A DNA stretch of 64,000 bases. It comes from Candidatus Marinacidobacterales bacterium. GTDB lineage: Bacteria > Acidobacteriota > Vicinamibacteria > Marinacidobacterales > DATDRI01. Where the stretch lies: NCBI GenBank assembly GCA_965219415.1, contig CBDCNP010000002.1:5120001-5184000 (forward strand), given 5' to 3'. Below, in pieces: positions 33,717-44,481 of this stretch (position 1 is the stretch's first letter; the number at the start of each line of letters is the position of its first letter). A program made the position numbers and the translations under genes. The notes below the pieces were generated by a model. The model was not told the origin of the DNA, ran no database searches, and saw only the letters and a program-made list of their open reading frames with translations.

Positions 33717-33860
33717 CCCGTCGTATCCCAAAAACACAAACGATAGCGGCCTGTTGGTCACGCTGGATCCAACCAGCGATGGCGACGACCAACCATGTCC
33801 AGGGCTGGCTCTGCCGTCCTGTCCAAAAACACAAACGAACCCAAGACTGGCGCGCCGGGC
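33717..33860. repeat. Two rve B1 ends with an inverted transposase 5' scrap
   Basis: CCCGTCGTATCCCAAAAACACAAACG and CCGTCCTGTCCAAAAACACAAACG; LVVAIAGWIQRDQQAAIV on minus strand; another end at 34843. Confidence 0.7.
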
Positions 33861-34986
33861 AGTTTCGATCGTCATCGCCCCGTGGCGAGCCCCAGATCTG
33901 GGGTGTGTCGGAGCCAATGTCGGCGATTCGGGTTCCCCGTACGCGCAGGGAAAACACCATCCAGCAACGGGATGCCACGCTCCCGGGCGGAGACCTGGCT
34001 CCAGGCCCGGGCCGCACCTGGACCAGAACGTGCTAGCCGGCTACGCCGCGGTAGCCCTGGCCTTGATTCTGGACTCCTCGGGCGACCTCTTTTCCGACGC
34101 TGCACGGCCCTGTCAGCGACCCGCTCCCCCCCTTTGGCGCAAACGTGGCAATCGAAAATCGAGATTAGAGACCAAAACCGAAAATGAGGCCTCTTCAGCC
34201 CTTCTAGCGCGTCTCTGGTGACACCTACCCCTGCCAAACCCCGCCAACCGCGCGAAAAATCTCACCCGTCTCTTCAGTGCCACAATTTGCAAGACTGGGT
34301 GGCGGATGGTGCAGGCTGGAGCCATCCGGTCTCTGTGAAAGGTATATTGCGAGTTTTCCAAGTCTGATGGGGCCGCGCGTGGTGGGGCAATGTAGCGAAA
34401 ACTCAGAGAAGCCCTGGTGCCCACGTCGTTCTATCCTCTTGTACTACAGTGATTTAAAGCCATCCGTCACGTGCTGGTCCCCGCACGCCTCATCGACGGG
34501 GGGTCGTTCGAGTTTATTTGCGAATTGACATTAAATCCGATTTTCTAGACGGCAATCTCAACCTCCTTGACGCCTGTAAGAGGGCCGTGTTGTAAACCCT
34601 CCGACGGAGGCTCTGCTCGTAAATCATTGTAGTGAAAAGCTCTTACGCCTCATCAATGGACGCGTCGCCGACGGGAACACCTTTCCGACTATCGCAGTCG
34701 TAAGGCTCAAGTGGGGGCAAGTGGAGCTATTCGGGTCTTGGCAGCAAACAAGCAGTAACGGTGCAAAACAGGTCATCAAAATGCAATTGGAGGCCATTTC
34801 GGAGCTGCATCGAGCGCTAATCGCTCAGTTAATGGGAAAACGCCGTCGTGTCCAAAAACACAAACGAACTCAAAACCCGCACGCCGCCGATGTCATCATC
34901 AGTAAGGGGCGATGCCGTTCGCCGACTGATGGAGATCAAGAGCGAGCGTGGCAGCCGCCGCGGGTTCGCTTACAGCGTGGTCTACC

Positions 34987-36641
34987 TTAAAGCGTTGCAA
35001 TGAGGGCGCGCTGTTTCTCCCAATCGTCGGGGAGTGGATGATGCAAGAGGTAGCTCGAGGTCAGCCCAACGGGCTGACGGCCTTCGACAATGGCACGGAC
35101 GATGTCGGGAGCCAGGAATGCATAACGGATTGCCTTGCGCACGCGGTCCGTTGGGATGGCGTCTTCGGTGGCAATCTGCTCATAGGTTTTGCCTGCTTTG
35201 ATTCGGTCGAGCCAGGAGAGGGCGTTGGCGATATTGCGCAGGAGTGTGCGGTCGACGGATTTCGTGGGGTTGCCCAGAACGAGCTTGGTCTCGACGCCGC
35301 GTCGACGCAAGCGGAACGGTGCGTGGATGCGGAGTGCATCCTCGCGAATGCGGTCGGGTCCCATAGACAGGCAATCAGCGAACGTATTGCGGTCGAGCAG
35401 GATGGACACAGAGCCTGGGCTGATATCGACCCGCCGGATGAAACGGAGCAGGCTGGCTGCCGAGGCACTATCATTATTGCTACCGGAACACAGCCCGTCT
35501 AAAAAGCGACGCACCGAGGCGAGCTCTTGCATCGTCGGAGTGACGAGGCCGAGAAGGTCGTGGCATCCACATGCTGTCGGATGAGATGCACGACGGTCTG
35601 TTCCAGCATCGGGGCGGGCAGTCGCCAGCCGGAGAGGTCCTTTTGGCCACTGTGCTGGATGAGGCGCCGGGAGACGTAGTAGCGGAGCCGTTGCCCGTTT
35701 TTCTTTTTGGTGTGGCTCGGCGTCAGCCGGTCCCCGGTCTCATCGAAGAGCTTGCCTGCCAGTGGGGAACGGGTTGCATGGCCCTTGGTCGTGCGTCTCC
35801 TTGGTTTGGCAGCCCCTGCCTGCAGCTGCGTTTGGACCGCGTCCCAGAGCTCCGGAGCGATGATCGATGGATGCTGGCCCTCGTAGACACGCCTCTGGTG
35901 CCGGATGCGGCCGGCGTAGAGAGGATTGGTCAGCAGGCAGTGGAGGTGTCCGCGACGGAACGGCAGCCCGCCCGTTAGGGTTCCATCCGCGGCGAAGCGT
36001 CGCTTGGTGCGCAGTCCCAGACGGTCCGCGTCGGCCTTCACCTGCCGGAGCGTTCCGTGCTTTCGGTACAGCGCATAGAGCGTCCGGACCGTTTCGGCCT
36101 CAGCCTCGTTGATGCGCAGCGTGCGCTCGTCCTTCTCATAGCCGAGCGGTACGCGGCCGCCCATCCATAGTCCCTTGCGCTTGGAGGCAGCGACCTTATC
36201 GCGGATCCGCTCGGCCGTGACTTCTCGCTCGAATTGTGCGAAGGACAGCAGCATATGCAGCGTCAGTCGTCCCATGCTGGTCGCGGTGTTGAAGGACTGA
36301 GTCACCGAGACGAAAACCGCGCCGGCCGCCTCGAGTCGCTCGACGAGCTTTGCAAAGTCGGAGAGGGAACGGGTCAGCCGGTCGACCTTGTAGACCACAA
36401 TCTGCTCGACGAGACCGGTATCGATGTCGGCGAGCAAGCGCTGTAGGCCCGGGCGCTCCAGGGTTCCTCCCGAGATCCCCGCGTCCTCGTAGACGGTTGG
36501 CAGCAGCACCCAGCCCTCCGCTTTCTGGCTTGCGACATACGCGGCGCAGGCCTCTCGCTGCGCATCGAGGGAGTTGAAATCCTGTTCGAGACCCTCTTCA
36601 GCGCTCTTTCGGGTATAGATGGCGCAGCGGATTTTTGTCAT
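34987..36641 (-). pseudogene. Large serine recombinase, frameshift near 35530
   Basis: CAIYTRKS, SLDAQR, DRLTRS, FAQFERE, LRYYVS; C-terminal AFLAPDIVRAIVEGRQP in second frame. Confidence 0.88.
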
Positions 36642-36642
36642 G

Positions 36643-37077
36643 TCAGGCCTTGCGCTTGGGCGTCAGACCGAAAAAGCGTGGTCCCGACCAGTGTGTGCCG
36701 GTGATTCGCTTTGTGATGGTGGTGAGGGACGGGTAGGTTTTGCCGTCGAACCGATAGCCGTTATCGAGTACCTCGACCTGGTAGGTGCGGCCATTCCACT
36801 CACGGATGAGATGGGTGCCGGCAGAAACGGACCCTGCGGGAGCAGAGTGTTTTGGTGTGCCGTTCGCCATGGCGGCCAGAGCGCGTCGGGTTGCAGCCGA
36901 ATGCCCCCCATGGGTCCGGCATTGGCGTTCGTACGCAAGAACGCGGCGCAGGAGAGCGCGTGAGAGCGAGCTTGGTGGAGCGGACCCAAAGGTCTGCTCC
37001 CAGGCCCGCCGCAGGCTGGCGAGGTCCAAACCGTCCAGAACGACCCTCCGGCCAGCTCTTGTATCCTGCGGCATCAC
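36643..37077 (-). CDS. DUF2924-domain protein
   Basis: GTHLIREWNG, YPSLT..ITGTHWSGPRFFGL; usual partner of such recombinases. Confidence 0.85.
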   Translation of the reverse strand: MMPQDTRAGRRVVLDGLDLASLRRAWEQTFGSAPPSSLSRALLRRVLAYERQCRTHGGHSAATRRALAAMANGTPKHSAPAGSVSAGTHLIREWNGRTYQVEVLDNGYRFDGKTYPSLTTITKRITGTHWSGPRFFGLTPKRKA

Positions 37078-37298
37078 CGGACGTTCGCTCTTTTGCGCCG
37101 TAAAGTCCAGTCCAATGGGCGCTTCCGCGGGTGCGCAGTTCGCGGCCTGCAGCTCGTCCTGCAGCCGATTTGAGCCAGCCAGCCGTGCGTACCCCAGTGG
37201 GCCTGTCGCCCGCCACCCGCAGCCCAGGGGTCGGAAGCCAGCCTTGGCGCGAAATACCCCGGATTCTTCGCGGATTCTGGAGGGCTGGGCTGGTCGCC

Positions 37299-37880
37299 CT
37301 ATTCTCTCGGTGACGACTTCTGCTTCTTCCTCGCCGTGGCCTTGGCCTCTCTCTCGGCCAAGATCCGGCGAGCGGCCTCATTAACCTCCTCTACAGTCGG
37401 CCCCTCATCTGCTGCCCGGATTCCCTCTGCGGGCTGGATAAATCGCTCCAGTCTCTTCTGCAGCTCCTTGCGGCGCTCCGGGACCAGATACGGGTACTCC
37501 TTGGCAAAGTGGTCGTACATCGTCTGGTCTCTCTCCGAGAGTTTTTTGCCATCGGCTTTGGCTTTCTCGGCCTTCTCGAAGATCTCGATCGCGCTCTTTC
37601 GGAGTGTTCTTTCTACCGCCAGTCGGATTTCGGCCTGACTCGGCGATGTGGCCGGATCCGCGATTTCTCGCGGGTCCAAGACAAAGCGGTTGTACTTTCG
37701 CTTAGCCATTCTTACCCCTCTTCCTGCGCTTGCCGCATTCGCTTTGGCCTGCGCCTCGGCAGCAGTCCGAAGGGCAACCGCATTGATCTCTGCGGTCGTG
37801 GGGCCTTCGTCGACTAAGCGGATCTCCTCGGCTCGTCCCCCATGGCCTCCCAGATCCGTTTGGCCGACACAACTGAGCAC
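37299..37880 (-). CDS. Hypothetical charged protein; start uncertain (perhaps 37710)
   Basis: Open frame with repeated DEGPTxxExN motif. Confidence 0.45.
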   Translation of the reverse strand: MLSCVGQTDLGGHGGRAEEIRLVDEGPTTAEINAVALRTAAEAQAKANAASAGRGVRMAKRKYNRFVLDPREIADPATSPSQAEIRLAVERTLRKSAIEIFEKAEKAKADGKKLSERDQTMYDHFAKEYPYLVPERRKELQKRLERFIQPAEGIRAADEGPTVEEVNEAARRILAEREAKATARKKQKSSPRE

Positions 37881-37913
37881 GACGCCGCTGGCCTTGAATC
37901 AATTGGCCTTGAA

Positions 37914-38318
37914 TCAATCCGCTGGCGACACACTGATCAGCTTGTCCAGACGCTCGAGCAGTGTTGCGTAGTCCCGCACCCACGAGGAGATCGCTTCGGC
38001 CGTAGCCGCCGGCAACGCCATTCGCCCCGCCAGGTCGTCGAGATACTGCCGTTCTTCAGCGCTCATCTCATCATCGACAAGAGCCAGCGTGACGGCATCG
38101 CGATAGACGAGAACCCGTGTGACCCACGGGAGCGCCGACAAGTCATCGGGCACCACGGGAAGGTTGTCGAGGTCCACGCCGAAGTGTGCGGCGTGATGGT
38201 CGAGCAGCTCCCGTTCGGCCGGATGGAGTCCGTCCGCATGAGCGATCTTCGACAGGGTTGCGACGTATAAGTCCGGTGACAGGCCGTCGAGTGGATTGCT
38301 CAGCGGGTCCATGTTCAC
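37914..38318 (-). CDS. TerB-like protein
   Basis: IAHADGLHPAERELL and LALVDDEMSAEERQYL, two TerB-like half motifs. Confidence 0.7.
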   Translation of the reverse strand: MNMDPLSNPLDGLSPDLYVATLSKIAHADGLHPAERELLDHHAAHFGVDLDNLPVVPDDLSALPWVTRVLVYRDAVTLALVDDEMSAEERQYLDDLAGRMALPAATAEAISSWVRDYATLLERLDKLISVSPAD

Positions 38319-39777
38319 TCCGTCATGAGGATATCGAGATCGCCGGTCGTACGGAGAATCCGCGCGTCAGGCACGCCGACGGTCTCCGCAAATACAATAC
38401 TGGCCTGCAAACGGAGCGAGGCGTTCACGGACTGATCGAAGGCGACCCCGGCTAGGCGTTCCAGGTTTTCGAACCGAGCGTCCAACTGTTGCATGAAGGC
38501 GCGGAACTCCCTTATCGAGCTGCCCTAGGGCGTACCGCTCGTACTTGGCAAGCCGCGCGGTCAACGCCGACTCCGACTTCCCAAGTCCGTCCTTGAGAGC
38601 CGAGGCGACGAACTTGCCGGCGAGGCTGCCGACGAGGGCGCCGAGCAGCGGAATGGGAATCAGCGTCTGGCCCGCCAGGGCCGCCAACCCCGCGATGGCT
38701 GCGTCCAGGGCGATGATGTGTGCCATTTCGACGAACTGGTCGCAGTCTATCGTCCCGGCATCGTAATCCCGCAGAAGGCCGCCAATTCCCATCAGGCCGC
38801 TAACGAGCGAACCCGCAAACGGCGCCGCCAGGACAGTGGAGTTCGTCACGATGTACAGAGCACCGCCCGCAACCGCGCCACCACCGGCACCCTGCGCGCC
38901 ACCACTCCGACATCCCGCCAGTCCTGCGTCGAGAACTCCCCCCGAAAGGGACTCTTGCCCTCGCGGTACTTGACCCAGATCGCCTGCGCCAAACCGACAC
39001 CGCCCCCGGCAGCCGCGCCAAGAGCCGCGGCCTGACCGAGCCCCGCCAGGGATGGGCCGTGCTCCGCCCGCGCCGCCCGCTTCAGCTCCTTGTTCTCCCG
39101 ATCCAGCACGTCTTCGCGTTTACCAATGGTGCCGTGGACACGTCCCTGTTGCACCTCGGCGTACGTCGCTTCGCCCGGCTCGATCAGGTCATTTGCCGAT
39201 CGGCCCGTTGTCTGTTCCAGGTCGTCCCGCAAGCGCCGGATTGCATCTACTTGGCGGCCGGACAAGCCCTCGATCTCTCCGGTTCGGTGTAACTCGTCCA
39301 ACTGCCGATGCAGGTCGGAGGGGATGTGGTAGCGGATGCGAGTGCCGGCGAAGTTCGGGTAGCGCTCCGCATGCTTCGCAACTCCTTCCAGCGTATTGCG
39401 GAGGCCGTTGTAGTACTTGGACTGGATCTCCACGCTGTCCACCCGGTAGTCCACGGGACCGGTGCGCGGAACACCGTCGAACGTCGCCGCCGGGGCTCGG
39501 CCATACAGCACGTCCAGGGCGCGACGGACTCCCACATGTACCTGCTCTGCGATCTCGCCGTGCTTGGTGTCCGTGCTGCCGAGGATGTTCTCCGGCGACC
39601 CGACGAAGTCCCGCACGGCCTGCATCTCCCGCATGGCATCGAGAAAGGCCCGGTCCTGACTTTGTAGCGCGCCGGTAAGTTCGCCGGCTCGATGCGCGGC
39701 GTCGAGCTTGGCCCATTCCGCCGCGACCTGCGCCGCGACATGGAGATATCGGCACGATCGGCGGGAGACCGCCTCAC
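38315..39777 (-). pseudogene. Hypothetical protein with Gly/Ala-rich hydrophobic hairpins, about three frameshifts
   Basis: TKHGEIAEQV..PVDY..IQSKYYNG; AAALGAAAGGGVG; GQTLIPIPLLGALVGS; overlaps both neighbours by GTGA. Confidence 0.6.
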
Positions 39778-40626
39778 AGCGCAACCTCCGCCCTGAGCAG
39801 TTCGCCGAGCGCGCGGACGTGATTGACGAGCGCCGCAAGACGCTCTTTCTGTTCCCGATCGAACCGTCGGTAATCGGTCGGGCCGGGGTCGCGAAGCCAA
39901 TTCAGCTCAGCCAGGCTTCCCGCGGTGTGTATCCTCGTGCTCGAGCCAAGCCCCTCGATCTCCCCGTCGGCCGTCCGCAGCGAACACATCTCCGCTTTGA
40001 CCTCGACGCGCTCCCGGACGGCTCTGCGCGCGAGCTCCCCATTGCGGCAATGGAGATAGATGCCCGACCCCGCCAAGGCGACACCACCGATGGTCCAGCC
40101 CACCGGTCCCGCTAGGACCAAGAGCGCGTTTCCGGCCGCCATGCCGCCGCCGCCGGCCGCGACGGCGCCGCCTCCGAGCCAAGCGAGGGCGGCATTGGCG
40201 GCAGCAGCGCCGGACAGAGTGGAGATGGCTGTTCCCGTCGACGCCGTCCCGAACGTCGTCGCCACCGCCATGGCTACGGATGGGCCGAGGGTGGCTACGC
40301 CCAAGCCAGCGGCGGCCCCGCTTACCCCGGCCGCGCCGCCGACCGTCTCGGACCTGTGGGCCTCAGTCTCGATGCGCTGGACGGTCTCCGAGAACCGATC
40401 GACTTCGATGCGGAACTCACGCACCGACTTGTCGAACTCCCTGGGCGAATGCGCCAGACGGTTCACGTACTCCTCGACCGGCTCCATCACCTCGGCGACG
40501 GCTCGCTGCCTTTGTTCGAGCAGCTGCACGCTGGCGCGTTTCGACCTGCTTGCGGAGGTTCTCGTGGTCCCGAAGTGCGCTACGGAGCTTCTCGACCGCC
40601 TCGCGCCGTACAGACCTGTTGAACAT
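39774..40626 (-). CDS. Glycine-zipper/coiled-coil protein (frameshift near 5' end)
   Basis: GTASTGTAISTLSGAAAANAALAWLGGGAVAAGGGGMAAG flanked by coiled coils. Confidence 0.7.
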
Positions 40627-40680
40627 TCCATGCCTCGGCATACGCACGACGAAAGAATTAAGCGTAGACGATACAGACTG

Positions 40681-40935
40681 GGTCAAGTCTACTTTTCCTT
40701 TCAAATCTCCGCATGGTTCCCCGAACTCGGTTAGGCTACTGACTCCTCCGACGTGAGTTGTCGAAGGAGCTCACTGCGAAGCTCCTCGACTTTCTTGGCG
40801 GTGAAGGCATCCATCCTCCCTCACGCCGCGCCATTTGCAGACGACGGCCAAGAGGATGGCGGAAGAGAGTTTCATCGTGGCCTTCTCGGTGAAGAAGTGA
40901 GGAATCATTTTCGTCTGACAGTTGTGCTCCGCTAC
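40681..40935 (-). mobile_element. IS256-like 3' remnant
   Basis: TKMIPHFFTEKATMKL...KWRGV and IR-like GGTCAAGTC. Confidence 0.45.
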
Positions 40936-41167
40936 TAGGTCTCCCGGCGCCTTATACAACATAGTGATTAGAACGACCTCTCCTGCTAGCGGCTGCCCAC
41001 GCCTGCCCCCTTTTGTCGGCGCAAACGCTCCCCTCGGAAATCGGGAACCATCAAAGGCATTCTGACAACCTTTCTGTGAAACGGTTGCCCGACTTCCGGA
41101 ATTGGGTGCCGGGCCAGTTGCCAGACAACTCTGCGCTTTGCAGGTTCCCGCTTATTCCCCCGGGTGG

Positions 41168-41334
41168 GGTGCTTGCGCTGTTTGCTGTTGGTGATGTGTA
41201 CGTATCCCATTGCAAAAAAGCGCTTACGCTCCATTTAGCGCGCGGCGAAGGTCGTGAGCGCTATTTTGGCTGTAATCTAATGCCAGCATAAAGTCTTAGC
41301 GTCATCTCACCAACACTTTAATGGCGGAAGCACC
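41168..41334 (-). mobile_element. Family-A MITE
   Basis: Full TIR pair; abuts rve end 41335-41362. Confidence 0.87.
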
Positions 41335-42385
41335 AAAGGGCCGAGTTTTGGCACAGGACGGGGTCAACCGCCAGCAGCAGGATGTGATCGACTACCTGCA
41401 AGAGGAGAACCGTGTGCTCCGAGCCGGGCTTCGGGGCAAGCGTCTCAGGCTCTCTGACGACGACCGGCGCAGGCTCGCGGTCAAGGCCCAGGCTTTGGGC
41501 CGCGAGGCGCTGGCTCAGATTGCGTCCGTTGCCACACCCGCTACGCTTGTGCGCTGGTACCGCCACCTCATCGCAGCCAAGTACGATGGCAGCAAGAACC
41601 GGAGTCCAGGCCGACCTCCGACGGCGAAGGACATCCGTGAGCTCATTGTGCGCGTGGCGCAGGAGAACCCGACGTGGGGATATACGCGCCTGCGAGGCGC
41701 ACTCAAGAACCTAGGACATGAACTCGGACGCAACACTATCAAGAGGATCCTCGCCGACCACGGTATCGCTCCTGCGCCGGAGCGGGGCAGGAGCATGTCG
41801 TGGAGCACCTTCATCAAGGCTCATTGGGGCGCCATCGCTGCGACAGACCTGTTCCCCGTCGAGGTGGTGAACCCGTTCGGGCTCGTCCGCTACCATGTCC
41901 TGTTTGTCATCGATATCGCCACTCGCTGCGTGTGCATCGGTGGGATAACGTCGGACCCCAACGGGGAGTGGATGAAGCAGGTGGCAAGAAACCTCACTGA
42001 CCTGTGGGATGGTTTCCTCCTTGGCAAGCGATACCTCATCCACGACCGGGACCCGCTATTCACCGAGGCGGTACGTGGGCTGTTGAGAGATTCAGGCGTG
42101 AAGCCCCTTCGCCTTCCCGCTAATAGTCCGAATCTGAACGCATATGCGGAAAGATTCGTTCTCTCCATACGTCGAGAGTGTCTCGACCGCTTCGTACCTC
42201 TCAGTGAGCGATACCTGCGCACAGCGGTAACCGAATACGTAGTGCACTATCACACAGAACGGAACCACCAAGGTCTCGGCAACGAGCTCCTCACACCTCT
42301 GCCGGCAAGCGCGAATGACACTAGCCCCATCGTGTCGCGAGAGCGACTTTTGGGCATTCTCAACTACTACTGCCGTGCCGCGTAG
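41321..42385 (+). CDS. rve transposase B2 with chimeric N-terminus
   Basis: MAEAP (MITE) + KGRVLAQDG (end) + [17 protein letters not shown]...; DDE residues intact; element continues to 43877. Confidence 0.82.
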   Translation: MAEAPKGRVLAQDGVNRQQQDVIDYLQEENRVLRAGLRGKRLRLSDDDRRRLAVKAQALGREALAQIASVATPATLVRWYRHLIAAKYDGSKNRSPGRPPTAKDIRELIVRVAQENPTWGYTRLRGALKNLGHELGRNTIKRILADHGIAPAPERGRSMSWSTFIKAHWGAIAATDLFPVEVVNPFGLVRYHVLFVIDIATRCVCIGGITSDPNGEWMKQVARNLTDLWDGFLLGKRYLIHDRDPLFTEAVRGLLRDSGVKPLRLPANSPNLNAYAERFVLSIRRECLDRFVPLSERYLRTAVTEYVVHYHTERNHQGLGNELLTPLPASANDTSPIVSRERLLGILNYYCRAA

Positions 42386-42583
42386 ATGGTCGCCGGCGAC
42401 GGTAGCCCCTCGGCGGGCTCGACCGGCGTAGCGTGGAAACCGCTTCAGGAACACGCTTGGATATTCGCTCTCGACTAGGTGGTCATCTGCATGGTGACGA
42501 CCCGCCCGCCCAAGACGATTGTAAAGCCCACGGCCCTTGGCCCGGTCGCAAACACAGACACTAAGTTGCTGATTTATGGCCTA

Positions 42584-43841
42584 TGGACTTGACCCGCTTT
42601 CGTGGACACCTAATCCTTTGGGAGACAGGAGTCCACGATGTCAAAGCAGGGAAACAGATACGCGGCCGAGTTCCGGCGCCAAATGGTAGAGCTGGTGCGA
42701 GCTGGCCGCGGCTCCGAAGAGCTGGCGCGAGAGTTTGAGCCCTCGGGCCAGACGATCCGGAACTGGGTGAACCAGGCGGATCTCGACGAGGGTCGCAGGC
42801 AGGACGGTCTGACGAGTGAGGAGCGTGCGGAGCTCCGCCGCCTGCGACGGGAGAACCGTCAACTACGGTTGGAGCGGGAGATCCTCTCAAAAGCCGCGGC
42901 CTGGTTCGCTCGGGAGACCGAGTCGGTACCACCGAAGCCTTCCGATTCGTGAGGGCGAACCAGGATTCACTACCGGTTGCCACGATGTGCCGACTGCTGG
43001 ACGTCTCCGCCAGCGGCTACTATGCGTGGCTTGAGCGTGCCCCGTCGGCCCGCGCGGTGTCGGATGCGGAGTTGCTTGAGAAGATCCGGGCGATTCACAC
43101 CGCGTCGCGGAGCACGTACGGCGCGCCGAGGATCCTCCACGAGCTACGAGAGACACACGAGCTCCACGTCTCACGCAAGCGTGTAGCGCGGCTGATGCGC
43201 GAGGCTGGCATTCAAGGTGTTCACCGGCGCAAGAGGGCGCACACTACGATTCGCTGTGACGACGCCCGTCCCGCCCCCGATCTCGTCGACAGGAATTTCG
43301 AGGTGGACCGGCCCGACCGCCTGTGGGTCGCCGATATCACCTACGTGCCCACGTGGTCGGGCTTCTTGTTCCTCGCCGTCGTGCTGGACGCCTTCAGCCG
43401 ACGCATCGTCGGATGGGCAATGGCTACCCACCTGCGGACGTCGCTCGTCTTGAGCGCCCTCGACATGGCGCTGTTCCAACGCAAGCCCGGCGACGTCATC
43501 CATCACTCGGACCAGGGCACGCAGTACACGTCACTAGCGTTCGGCCAGCGATGCCGGGAGGCCGGGGTGCGACCGTCGATGGGTTCAGTCGGGGACTGTT
43601 ACGACAATGCGATGTGCGAGAGCTTCTTCGCGACGCTCGAGTGCGAGCTGATCGAGCGCCGGTCGTTTCGCTACCACGCTGAGGCGCGCATGGCGACCTT
43701 CGATTTCATCGAAGGCTGGTACAACCCGCGACGACGACACTCCGCCATCGACTATTGCTCGCCTATCCAATTCGAAAGGAGGTACTATCGCGACGCTTGA
43801 TCCCTAACTCTTAACCTGTCCACGAAAGCGGGGTCACTTCA
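42584..43841 (+). mobile_element. IS3-family element copy 3, intact (orfA 42638-42952, orfB 42949-43800)
   Basis: 3-bp TSD CTA; inserted in the B2 right end; orfA/orfB overlap GTGA. Confidence 0.96.
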
Positions 43842-44029
43842 CTATTTCAAAAGGGCCGAGTTTTGGCACAGGACGGGAGTCTTCAAGCTTGACAGCCAGT
43901 TCCCAGGCGTCGAGGTGCCTGGCGCGAGTGCACCGCGTACCACTCCCGCGCACGGCGTTGCGCCTCACTCAGGTCCTTCAGGCGTCATCCGCTTGGCTAC
44001 GGCGTCGCCGTTCTTTGAATCTTCCCAGC

Positions 44030-44160
44030 TTCGCCGCACGCGCGGTGTCCGTCTCAACCGCCGCGGGCGCGCCTACCACGAGGAGATCCGGCGCATCCTC
44101 GCCGACCTCGACGCAGCCACACGGCACCACGGCGACCGCCGACGGTTCCGTGGCTGCTAG
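44030..44160 (+). pseudogene. LysR HTH second half
   Basis: RRTRGVRLNRRGRAYHEEIRRILADLDAAT. Confidence 0.55.
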
Positions 44161-44275
44161 AATCCCTCCGTCCGGCGATTCCAGGCGACGAAAGGACTTG
44201 CATCCAGAGTGCAAAATGTGCGATCACATAACAGCGTTTTGTCTACGCGCGCCGTCTGGAGGTTCGCCACAGTGT

Positions 44276-44440
44276 GGTGCTTCCGCCATTAAGTGTTGGT
44301 GAGATGAAGCTAAGACTTTACGCTGCATTAAATTACAGCCAAAATAGCGCTCACGACCTTCGCCGCGCGCTAAATGGAGCGTAAGCGCTTTTTTTGCAAA
44401 GGGATACGTACACATCACCAACAGCAAACAGCGCAAGCAC
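44276..44440 (+). mobile_element. Family-A MITE
   Basis: TIR pair, ends about 40 bp upstream of the receptor start. Confidence 0.85.
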
Positions 44441-44481
44441 ACCACATCTGTCATGCCCGGAACCGTAGTGGAGGGTACTTG

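Noticed and set aside
34110-41045. Similar CCCCC-TTT-GGCGCAAACG motifs at about 34125 and 41005 as island-bounding direct repeats
   Set aside because: Similarity too short and gapped to support by eye; may be ends of another decayed IS
44374-44481. N-terminal extension of the TonB receptor in the ORF track
   Set aside because: Derived from MITE sequence; RBS and signal peptide support ATG 44482
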